In this document: piece after piece, positions 56,316 through 64,000 of the stretch
Numbering within the stretch: position 1 is the first letter of the stretch
Layout of the letters: each line of letters begins with the position of its first letter
Assembly: GCA_963838085.1 (NCBI GenBank)
Contig: CAWIPL010000015.1
Coordinates: 176,417 to 240,416 of the forward strand
Origin: an uncultured Chloroflexia bacterium
GTDB taxonomy: Bacteria; Chloroflexota; Chloroflexia; Chloroflexales; Roseiflexaceae
Length of the DNA stretch: 64,000 bases
Direction: 5' to 3'
The notes under the pieces: model-generated
Told to the model about the DNA's origin: nothing
Seen by the model: the letters and a program-made list of their open reading frames with translations, nothing else
Databases searched by the model: none
Translations under genes and position numbers: made by a program

Positions 56316-56708
56316 ATGGACGAGCGTACCGCGCTGCTGCTGGATCGCCTGCAGGAAGATGAAAGCCTGCGCGGCGATCTGGAGGATCCTGCGGCTACTG
56401 CGCTGCTCGCTTGGGCCAGCGCCCGCATTCGCGAGGTTGCTGCTGACGAAACGCGTGCTGATGTGTTGGTTACTGCCAACGTGCAAACGATTCGGCAGGC
56501 CGCCCGCGCGGCGGCCCGCGCTGGCATGAACGACCCGCAGCAGGTCGTTGCGGCAGCAGCAATGGCGCTTCAACACGCCTCCACGCATGAAGATGTGCCG
56601 AGTCCGGCTACTCCCTCGCCAATTCCGCGCCTCTTTCGAGCATTTCGCCCGCGCCGCCCAACGCCTCGATTTGGCAAGCGGCACGCACCACGGAAGGAAG
56701 ACCCATGA
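56316..56708 (+). CDS. hypothetical protein
   Basis: 130-aa ORF that overlaps the next gene start by 4 nt. No motif recognised. Confidence 0.4.
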   Translation: MDERTALLLDRLQEDESLRGDLEDPAATALLAWASARIREVAADETRADVLVTANVQTIRQAARAAARAGMNDPQQVVAAAAMALQHASTHEDVPSPATPSPIPRLFRAFRPRRPTPRFGKRHAPRKEDP

Positions 56709-57871
56709 GCAGCCGCCGAGGCTCACGTTCATCGACTACTATTTCGCCACGCTCGGTGCTGATTGTTGTTGTGTTACTGATACTGGTGTATTTGTACCAG
56801 ATTGGCACATTCGACCGCTTATTGGGTCAGGTTGGTCTTGCGCCTGCCCGCCCGTCTGCCGCAGCGCCCGCGCCACAGTCTTCCGCAGGCACCGCGATTA
56901 CGGTGTTCTTCAACACGCCCAACCTGGTGTACCCTGATGTTCCCGCGCAACGTGGCCGTTCACCGCTTGCCGATGCAGTTACTGCCGATTTCCATGCAGC
57001 CAGGTCGAGCATTGATGTAGCGGCATTCGATTTTGATCTGTCAAGCCTTGCTGATGCGTTGCTCCAGGCGCATCAGCGCGGCGTTGCCGTCCGCCTGATC
57101 GTCGATAGTGAGAACTTGCAGGACACCAATGTTGCGAAGGAAACTGGTCGCCTGCAGGATGTTGGCATCCCCATCACCTTCCAACGCACCGAGCCGTTCA
57201 TGCACAACAAGTTCCTGGTCATCGATCAGGCCGTTACATGGACGGGCTCGTGGAACGTGACATTTAATGGCGCGTATCGCAACAACAACAATGTTCAGCG
57301 CTTCGTCAGCAGTGAGATGAGCGCGGACTACACGGCGGAGTTTGGTCAGATGTTTGGTGGGCGGTTTGGCAAAGACAAAGCGCGGCTCACACGCTACCCG
57401 CATGTGCAAGTCGGCACAGCAGCAGTAGAGGTTTATTTTTCACCAGAGGATGGCGTTGCGCAGCATGTGCTTGAGCGGCTCACCCAGGCGCAACAGAGCA
57501 TTCGCTTCATGAGTTTTTCATTCACGTCCGACCCAATCGCCGACGCCATGATCGCGAAGCGCGCAGCGGGCTTGCGCGTGCAGGGCGTGTTTGAGTCACA
57601 AAATGCAAATGGAACTGGCTCGGAGTTTAAACGGCTGCGGAGCGGCAAGATCAGCGTGCTGACCGATGGTAATTGCTACGTCATGCACCACAAAGTAATT
57701 ATCATTGATGATCGTACGGTTATTACCGGCTCGTATAATTTCACGAATAGTGCCGAGCGCTACAATGATGAAAATCTTGTGATCATTGACGATCCGGCGG
57801 TGGCGCAGCAGTATATCGAGGAGTTCAACCGCGTGTATGCCCACGCGCAGTCGCCCACGCGCTGCCGCTAG
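56705..57871 (+). CDS. phospholipase D family protein (two HKD motifs), N-terminal TM anchor
   Basis: HNKFLVIDQAVTWTGSWN and HHKVIIIDDRTVITGSYN. Confidence 0.85.
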   Translation: MSSRRGSRSSTTISPRSVLIVVVLLILVYLYQIGTFDRLLGQVGLAPARPSAAAPAPQSSAGTAITVFFNTPNLVYPDVPAQRGRSPLADAVTADFHAARSSIDVAAFDFDLSSLADALLQAHQRGVAVRLIVDSENLQDTNVAKETGRLQDVGIPITFQRTEPFMHNKFLVIDQAVTWTGSWNVTFNGAYRNNNNVQRFVSSEMSADYTAEFGQMFGGRFGKDKARLTRYPHVQVGTAAVEVYFSPEDGVAQHVLERLTQAQQSIRFMSFSFTSDPIADAMIAKRAAGLRVQGVFESQNANGTGSEFKRLRSGKISVLTDGNCYVMHHKVIIIDDRTVITGSYNFTNSAERYNDENLVIIDDPAVAQQYIEEFNRVYAHAQSPTRCR

Positions 57872-57901
57872 AACTTCTGCCTTTTCGGCGCGTATGGCCC
57901 G

Positions 57902-59764
57902 CTATCCGAACAAGCCAATTGACTGCACAATAGTTTGGAACCAGAACACGAGCCGCCCGCCGAGCGTCAGCGTGTCTGCCGATTGCAATTGCGTGCTGGC
58001 TTGGTTGTTCAATACGTCCAACTCGGCGACCAGCTTATGCTCCGGGTCAACTTCAACGCGCACCACTGGATCGTCGCTGCCAACATCATAGCGCACACTG
58101 GTGAGCACGCCATCCCAGTGGCGCGTCTCCTCCTTGCCGCTGCTTCGCGTGATACGCACATCCACTGGCACAATCGCCTCGCCCAGCCGCTGAATGATCA
58201 CGGCGCTGCCGCTGTCCACAATGCCGCCAACTGCATAGTCGATCTCGCCAGTGCCGTCCATGTAGTCGAAGAACCAGTTGGCGTCGCCGCCGAGCGACTG
58301 CTTGATCGAGGCCCGGAAATCATCGCCAGTCGGATGCTTAAAGCGGTACCGGGTGAGATAATGTGCCATGGCCTGCCGGAAGCGCTCCGTGCCGACGCTG
58401 TTTTCCAACGTCCATAACGCCAGCGCCGTTTTGCTGTAGACCGCCGAGCCGTAGCCCGCGCCGGTATACTGCCAGGCCGGCAGTGTACCTGGCTCGTTTG
58501 GATCGACAGCGTACTGCGTGCGGTCAAGCTGCAAGGCGCTGATGCCAAGGCTGCCAAAGCCAATTGTGCGCCCTGCCTCCACCATGTAGCGCGAGCCGCT
58601 GTATTCGGTAAGTCCTTCATCGAGCCAGGGCGCGCGGCCTTCGTTCGTCGCGGTCTGCATGGGCCACCACTGATGCCCAATCTCATGCGAGGTGACCACG
58701 CCGACCAAGCCTGATCCAATCGGCGCGCCTTCCGTGCCGCCGGTGACCAGCGTTGGGTATTCCATTCCGCCTGCGCCAGTCGCGTTGTCGGGCACGTCCA
58801 CCACCGTCAGGCGCGGGTGCGGGTACTGGCCGTACCAAGCGCTGTAGTCCTGTAGCGAACCCGTTGAAACCGCCATATACTCGTCCACCGCCGCTGCATG
58901 CTCAGGCAAGTAGAAGAGCACGACATCGACAGTGCCAGCCTTGGCTGTGCTCGTTTGAAAATCAGGCGAGGCTGCAAAAGCAAAGTCGGTCACGTTGTCG
59001 GAGGCGAAACGCAGCGTCTTGGTGCTGTCGCCGTTGGCCTGCTCACCTGCCGGAACGCCCGCACCCGCGACGATGTATGCTTGCGGCACCGTGATGCTGA
59101 CATCATACGTGCCAAAGTCGCTGAAAAACTCCGAGTTGGCATGCCATGGCTCGGTGTCCCAATGGCCATGATCGTACACCGTCATTTTGGGATACCACTG
59201 GCCGACCATGAAGAATGTGTCGTCACGCCCGCCGTAGCCGGTTCGAGCAAACACGCGCGGTAGCTTGCTTGTCCACGTGGCGTTCATCGCGATGCTTTGG
59301 CCGGGGCCGAGCGGCTGTGGCAATGGCACGCGAAGCAGCGTGTCGGTCAGCGTGGCCGACGCCAGCAGGTTAGTGCCGTCGGGCAGCGCGAGCGAGTTCA
59401 TGGTGATGTCACCCAACGCGTTGGGGTCCATCTGGTCGCCGCGCAACTGCCCGCCTAACTCGCGCATCCAGATCGTGTCGCGGCTGCTAAAGGCTTTGAG
59501 ATACAGGCGCAGCCATACTTCATGCAACGTATCCTGTGATGGGTTGCGGTAGGTAATCTGCTCGGTGCCGCTCACTGTTTTAGCTGCCGGGTCGAGCCGC
59601 ACGTTCATGACATATGAGGCAATATTTGGCGCTTCAGGTTGCTGCGCGGCAGGCGTTGTTGACATTGTGGCAGACGCAGGCAGCGCGCCGCTCCCGAGCA
59701 GCACCGCCAGCAGGAGAAATGACATAAGATGGCGCATGAACGCTCCTTTAGTAGGGCTGGTCAT
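57902..59764 (-). CDS. M1 family metallopeptidase (aminopeptidase N-like), secreted
   Basis: HEIGHQWW followed by …WLDEGLTEY (HEXXH-18-E). Signal peptide present. An alternative start lies at 59737. Confidence 0.9.
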   Translation of the reverse strand: MTSPTKGAFMRHLMSFLLLAVLLGSGALPASATMSTTPAAQQPEAPNIASYVMNVRLDPAAKTVSGTEQITYRNPSQDTLHEVWLRLYLKAFSSRDTIWMRELGGQLRGDQMDPNALGDITMNSLALPDGTNLLASATLTDTLLRVPLPQPLGPGQSIAMNATWTSKLPRVFARTGYGGRDDTFFMVGQWYPKMTVYDHGHWDTEPWHANSEFFSDFGTYDVSITVPQAYIVAGAGVPAGEQANGDSTKTLRFASDNVTDFAFAASPDFQTSTAKAGTVDVVLFYLPEHAAAVDEYMAVSTGSLQDYSAWYGQYPHPRLTVVDVPDNATGAGGMEYPTLVTGGTEGAPIGSGLVGVVTSHEIGHQWWPMQTATNEGRAPWLDEGLTEYSGSRYMVEAGRTIGFGSLGISALQLDRTQYAVDPNEPGTLPAWQYTGAGYGSAVYSKTALALWTLENSVGTERFRQAMAHYLTRYRFKHPTGDDFRASIKQSLGGDANWFFDYMDGTGEIDYAVGGIVDSGSAVIIQRLGEAIVPVDVRITRSSGKEETRHWDGVLTSVRYDVGSDDPVVRVEVDPEHKLVAELDVLNNQASTQLQSADTLTLGGRLVFWFQTIVQSIGLFG

Positions 59765-59774
59765 TGGTCCATGC

Positions 59775-62324
59775 CTATCGGCGTCGCAGCCGCCCAGCCG
59801 CGTTCAGCGCTCGCATGACCTTGCCGCCCTCAAGCTGGCGGATCAGGTTTTCGAGATAGGCGATGTGCTTGTTTTTCTCCTCGACCACCTTGTCAAGTTC
59901 GTTCATGCGCTTGACAAGGTCCGGAGAGGTAAAGAACACGTCGCCCTTGGCCTCGGTGTGGCCCGGCGCGCCATGTGGGCGGCGCACGAGCGCGTCGGCG
60001 GCATGGTACGGGTTGCGGCAGAACTCCACCAGCGGCTGCAACGCCCGCTCCCATGTGAACTGCTCGCGCACCTGCGCCATGGCAGCGGCCCGGCGGCTGC
60101 GGCGCTCCGAGTCGGCAGCGAGCTTCAGAATGGCATCAGCCACCGCGTCCACATCCTCGGTCGGCACGACGCAGCCCAGCTCGCGCTCGGCCACCAGTTT
60201 GGAGAGCGTGTCGCCCGCCGAAACGATCATCGGCAACCCGGCCCACAGGTAATCCAGCACGCGGGTGCGGAACGCAAAAGTTGTCTCGGTCGAATCGAAG
60301 TGCATGCTCACGCCAATGTCGGCCTCCAGCAGGTAGTTGGCGCGCTCGCGGTACGGCACCCATTCGGTGTTAAAAAAGACGATTGTATTCGTCAACCCAA
60401 GCTCATCGGCCAGCGCCACTGTGCGGTCATACATGAGCATCTCCGGCACGTCGCGGGTGTTGGGATGGCCGCGCCCCAGGAAGAACAGCTTGATGTCGGG
60501 CCGCTGCTCCCTGATCTGCGCCATGGCGTGCAGCAGCGTCAACGGATCGAACCATTCCCAAATGCCGCCGCCCCACAGCAGCACCGTATCATCGTTGCCG
60601 ATGCCGGGCACCACGCCCTTCAACACCTGCCGGGTGTGCTCCGGCGACGTGTCGGACAAACCAAATGGCGCGAGGTCGATCAGCCGCCGCAGCGATCGGT
60701 CGTCTTTGTACGCTTCCGGACTGAGGCGACCCGCCATGGTCAGCGCGCCCAGCCAGAAATTACGCTGCTCCTCGCTGGCACACAGGAAAAAATCGCCCAG
60801 GCCGAGCAGGTAGCGCAGCACCATCTGGTCGATGCTGTGCTGCATATGCGCGCCTTCCAACGCACGGACGCGAAAGAACTCCAGGTTGCCGAGCGGAAAC
60901 GGATCGTACAGATCCACCACGACGATCTTCTTGGTCGTTGTTAAAAATGGAAAGCTGGTGACGATAAAGCCCTGCAAAATCACTACGTCCACACTGGCGA
61001 CCAGATGCTCGATCACCTCCGGCTCGTCATAGTTGAAGGCCAGCATCTGCACGCCCTCAATCGGGTAGTCGGCCTGGTCGTAGGCCGCGACGACCACCTG
61101 GCAGTGCTGGCTGAGCACGCGCGCCATCTCCACGGCGCGGATGCCAGTGCCCGCCAGCTCAGGGCGGAGCGGGTCGCTGCTGATGATCAGCACGCGGGTC
61201 GTTTTCACATCTTCAAACATGGCGGGCAGTCCAAATTCTTTCATCACCTGCTCGAACGTCAGATTGTACGGATAATAGTCGCCGAAGTTGGCCGACAGCG
61301 GCGTGCGAAACAGCGGCAAAATCTCGGCGTCGTCACGGCGGCGCATGGCCTGCACGCGCGCCCGCTTCTCGAACACATGCGGCAGGTCGTCCACAATGTC
61401 GCTGACCGCCAGCAGACAACTCATGACGCTTTTCGGCACTTCCATGCGCGGAAACAGTTCTTCGCCGGAGCGCTTGCGCAGGTCAAAGTCCTCACGCTTG
61501 ACCAGATCGCCCGCTTCCAACACGGCGCGCTTGCACAGGAGCATCAGCGCGGCGGGCAGCACCTGCTGGAAGTGCTGCTCATCGTAGTTTTTAATGATCG
61601 TCAGCAGGGCGTTGCGCTCGAACAGCAGGCGCGTCTGGTACGGATACATGGTGGAGGCGGTGGCATGGTGGCGGTGATACGCCACGGCGCGCGGGTTCAG
61701 CACGACTTTGTAGCCACAGACCCACAGCCGCCAGCCCAGGTCTACGTCCTCGAAGTAAGCGAAGTAATCTTCGTCCAGCCCGCCGATCTCAAGGAACACG
61801 CCGCGGTCCACCAGCATGGCGCCGCCGTTGGCAAACAGCAGCGGCTCCTCGTCGGCATGGTAGCGCTCGGCTGGCAGGCGAAAAAACGGTTGCGCGCCGA
61901 AACCGTGGAAATTCACGCTGCCCATGACGAAGTCGATCCGCTGGCCGTGCCAGTCCAGCACGCGCGACGCGACGCAGGCCACGCCGTCGTCCTTGTGCTG
62001 CTCCGCAAAGCCGACCAACTGCGCCAGCCAGTCGGGCGCGGCATAGGCGTCGTTGTTCAGCAGCGCGATGTAGTGACCGCTGGCATGGCGAGCAGCCTGG
62101 TTCACTGCCGGTGCAAAGCCCATGTTTTTCTCGTTGACCAGCAGCCGTACCTGCGGAAAGGTCTGGCGCATGAACCCGACCGAACCATCGGTCGAGCCGT
62201 TGTCTACCATGATGATTTCGACTGCGCCGCCGTAGTCCTGTTGTAGGAGCGAACGAAAGCACGCGTCGAGGTGCTGCCGTCCGTTGAAATTCAAAATAAT
62301 AATCGAGACCGTGGGGAGAGTCAT
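59775..62324 (-). CDS. bifunctional glycosyltransferase (N-terminal GT2, C-terminal GT1/GT4-like) with C-terminal coiled coil
   Basis: VSIIILNFNG…MVDNGSTDGS…NDAY (the GT2 D-x-D context), then a Rossmann-type GT-B half (…LLWGGGIWEWFDP…). Confidence 0.85.
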   Translation of the reverse strand: MTLPTVSIIILNFNGRQHLDACFRSLLQQDYGGAVEIIMVDNGSTDGSVGFMRQTFPQVRLLVNEKNMGFAPAVNQAARHASGHYIALLNNDAYAAPDWLAQLVGFAEQHKDDGVACVASRVLDWHGQRIDFVMGSVNFHGFGAQPFFRLPAERYHADEEPLLFANGGAMLVDRGVFLEIGGLDEDYFAYFEDVDLGWRLWVCGYKVVLNPRAVAYHRHHATASTMYPYQTRLLFERNALLTIIKNYDEQHFQQVLPAALMLLCKRAVLEAGDLVKREDFDLRKRSGEELFPRMEVPKSVMSCLLAVSDIVDDLPHVFEKRARVQAMRRRDDAEILPLFRTPLSANFGDYYPYNLTFEQVMKEFGLPAMFEDVKTTRVLIISSDPLRPELAGTGIRAVEMARVLSQHCQVVVAAYDQADYPIEGVQMLAFNYDEPEVIEHLVASVDVVILQGFIVTSFPFLTTTKKIVVVDLYDPFPLGNLEFFRVRALEGAHMQHSIDQMVLRYLLGLGDFFLCASEEQRNFWLGALTMAGRLSPEAYKDDRSLRRLIDLAPFGLSDTSPEHTRQVLKGVVPGIGNDDTVLLWGGGIWEWFDPLTLLHAMAQIREQRPDIKLFFLGRGHPNTRDVPEMLMYDRTVALADELGLTNTIVFFNTEWVPYRERANYLLEADIGVSMHFDSTETTFAFRTRVLDYLWAGLPMIVSAGDTLSKLVAERELGCVVPTEDVDAVADAILKLAADSERRSRRAAAMAQVREQFTWERALQPLVEFCRNPYHAADALVRRPHGAPGHTEAKGDVFFTSPDLVKRMNELDKVVEEKNKHIAYLENLIRQLEGGKVMRALNAAGRLRRR

Positions 62325-62345
62325 GAAAGCCTCAAACTCATAGAA

Positions 62346-63542
62346 CTACCGGCCGAACCGCCGCAGCAGCCGCATAATCAAGCCATTTTGCACGGTTGCC
62401 AGTTGCTGCCGGGCTGAGGTGGCCTGTTCTTCCAGCCAGTGCGCCCGTCCTTCCAGGTCGGCAATGTGCGCCGCGACCTGCGCCTCTCGCTCGTCCCAGC
62501 GCTGCTGCATGGCCGCCACGCGCTGCTGAAGCTGGGCATTATGCACCTGCTGGTCGGCGATGATTCGGTCGAGGTTGGAAACGTGGTTGCGCTGGCCCTC
62601 GATGTAGCGCTGGAGCATCTGGGCGCGCCATTCCTCGCGCCGGTCGTCCTGCCCAATTTGAAGGAGCACCAGTACCTGCGTAGCCAGCCCATGCCAGATC
62701 GACGGGTCAAGTTCCTCGGTGCGTTCCACAGTTGGCTCCAGCGAGTCTTCGACGGCATTGAGCCAGTTGTTCTCGTTCTGCTTGGCCGCGACGACCAACC
62801 GCCGGTAGCTCGGTTCGCGCCGCTCTCGCAAGGCATAGCTGCGGTTGTACAGTTCATCGAGACCGAACTGCAATTCCGGCTGGCTTTCAGCGAAGCGCAG
62901 CATGTAGTGCTTCGCCAGCATCATTGGCAGCCATGCGTGCAAATCGCCTGATGGATAATCTTTGAGCGCGCAGCCTGCCTGCTCGAACGCTCGGCGCACC
63001 AGCGGCATCTGCGGCAGCCCGTACTCACGGTGCTCACGCAACTGATCATGCTTGGCATGCAGTTCGGCCTGAATGTACGCGAACAGCACCTTCTCGGCCA
63101 GTGCCGTACGGAAGTCGTCAATCGGGCAGATCAACACTACGCCGTACCGCGCCACCCGCACAAGCTCGCCGATGAAGCGGTCACGCAGGTCGGGCGGGAT
63201 GTGCTCCAGCGTGTCGCATGAGATCACCAGGTCGAAGCTGCTGTCACCGAACGTCATGTTGGTACCATCGCCCTGCACGTAGCCCGGCAGTGGACATGGC
63301 GGCAGATCGAGCACCGTGAGATCCTGGTCGCCAAGGAACTGCTGCGAGGGCAGGCGCGGCGTGCCGTCGGCCTCTTGATAATAGCCGCCAACATCCAGAA
63401 TGCTCAGGCGCTCCTTACCGAGCGCTTGTCGAATCGCCTCGACAGCCTGCTGCACCATGCGATAGCGCCCGTACTGATCGAAGGGCAGGCGCAGCAAGGC
63501 ATCATCAGCCGCCGCAGAAGCGGATGGAGATAGCTGCATCAT
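62346..63542 (-). CDS. class I SAM-dependent methyltransferase with C-terminal coiled coil
   Basis: LSILDVGGYY…DLVISCDTLEHIPP…GVVLICP. The C-terminal ~100 aa are heptad-like. Confidence 0.7.
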   Translation of the reverse strand: MMQLSPSASAAADDALLRLPFDQYGRYRMVQQAVEAIRQALGKERLSILDVGGYYQEADGTPRLPSQQFLGDQDLTVLDLPPCPLPGYVQGDGTNMTFGDSSFDLVISCDTLEHIPPDLRDRFIGELVRVARYGVVLICPIDDFRTALAEKVLFAYIQAELHAKHDQLREHREYGLPQMPLVRRAFEQAGCALKDYPSGDLHAWLPMMLAKHYMLRFAESQPELQFGLDELYNRSYALRERREPSYRRLVVAAKQNENNWLNAVEDSLEPTVERTEELDPSIWHGLATQVLVLLQIGQDDRREEWRAQMLQRYIEGQRNHVSNLDRIIADQQVHNAQLQQRVAAMQQRWDEREAQVAAHIADLEGRAHWLEEQATSARQQLATVQNGLIMRLLRRFGR

Positions 63543-63668
63543 TTCTTAACAACTTATACCACTATAATGTTTTACCGCAGGGGCTGATTATACTGCTGTT
63601 CTGCTCATTCGCGCAACGTGGTATACTCCGCGCCATAATTCAGGTTCGAAGATAGACTCAGGAAATAC

Positions 63669-64000
63669 ATGCACGCTTTAGCTTCCACGCAGCCAGCAGC
63701 AGTGAACCGCCATTGGTCGCTCGCTCGCGCCATGTTTCACCCTTTGGCGCTGCTGTTGCTCGCATTTCTGTGCAATACGATCTTGTGGGCATTGGTCGTT
63801 CCGCCAAACAGCGCGCCCGACGAGCAGGCCCACTTTGAATACATTCAACATCTTGCGCTCCGGAACACGCTGCTGGTGTATGGGAAAACACCCTACATCT
63901 CGAATCCGCAGGCGCTGAACCCGCAGGCGATGCAACCGCCACTGTACTATCTGCTCGCCACGCCAATCGCGCTAGTGTTGCAGGGACAGCCAATTGTCTG
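63669..64000 (+). CDS. membrane protein, GT-C/DUF2142-like N-terminus (partial, continues beyond window)
   Basis: From the ATG at 63669 the frame is open to the window end (MHALASTQPAAVNRHWSLARAMFHPLALLLLAFLCNTILWALVVPPNSAPDEQAHFEYIQHL…). The TM helix plus PDEQAHF loop is typical of this family. It is not in the ORF track because it is edge-truncated. Confidence 0.5.
   Translation, partial: MHALASTQPAAVNRHWSLARAMFHPLALLLLAFLCNTILWALVVPPNSAPDEQAHFEYIQHLALRNTLLVYGKTPYISNPQALNPQAMQPPLYYLLATPIALVLQGQPIV

Noticed and set aside
59565-62246. Long plus-strand ORFs 59565..60944 (459 aa) and 61005..62246 (413 aa)
   Set aside because: They are antisense shadows of the GT2-GT4 gene. Their sequences are low-complexity and Arg/His/Gln-rich, with no start context.

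Overview
This is a 64-kb, high-GC chromosomal window. It reads like the core genome of a Chloroflexota-type bacterium; that taxon is my guess from gene content and repeat style and is not verified. I call about 60 genes. They include a PyrR-attenuated pyrimidine operon (pyrR, pyrB, a GT39-like membrane protein, pyrC, a pyrK-like gene), dnaE, metG and miaB. Also present are an OmpR-type regulator, a Na+/H+ antiporter, an SH3b-NlpC/P60 hydrolase, and S8 and M1 peptidases. Further clusters are a CpaF-type ATPase operon, a STAS/RsbW/PP2C partner-switching module, a PLD-family protein and a GT2-GT4/methyltransferase glycan cluster. I saw no rRNA, tRNA or CRISPR. Three things stand out. (1) A markedly AT-rich island of about 3.9 kb (about 22.2-26.1 kb) sits directly after dnaE. 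It carries a motif-permuted HPPY DNA methyltransferase, an IS630 element (TA duplication, A8 slippery run) and a convergent pair of ORFs with no recognisable motifs, which makes it candidate R-M-like or defence cargo. (2) A family of heptanucleotide-repeat hairpin elements occurs at 9 or more loci. Four lie in frame inside conserved genes (the pyrK-like gene, the GT39-like gene, a phosphotransferase, a methyltransferase). A separate REP-like palindrome (GGGCGAAC..GTTCGCCC) occurs twice. (3) At least eight single-base frame disruptions interrupt otherwise conserved genes (GNAT, NlpC/P60, NHL, AAA+ twice, miaB, RsbW-STAS, PP2C). That density suggests consensus errors rather than real gene decay. 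Two perfect DnaA boxes also sit in the AT-rich spacer upstream of dnaE. Coordinates of small motifs were counted by eye and may be off by 1-2 nt.
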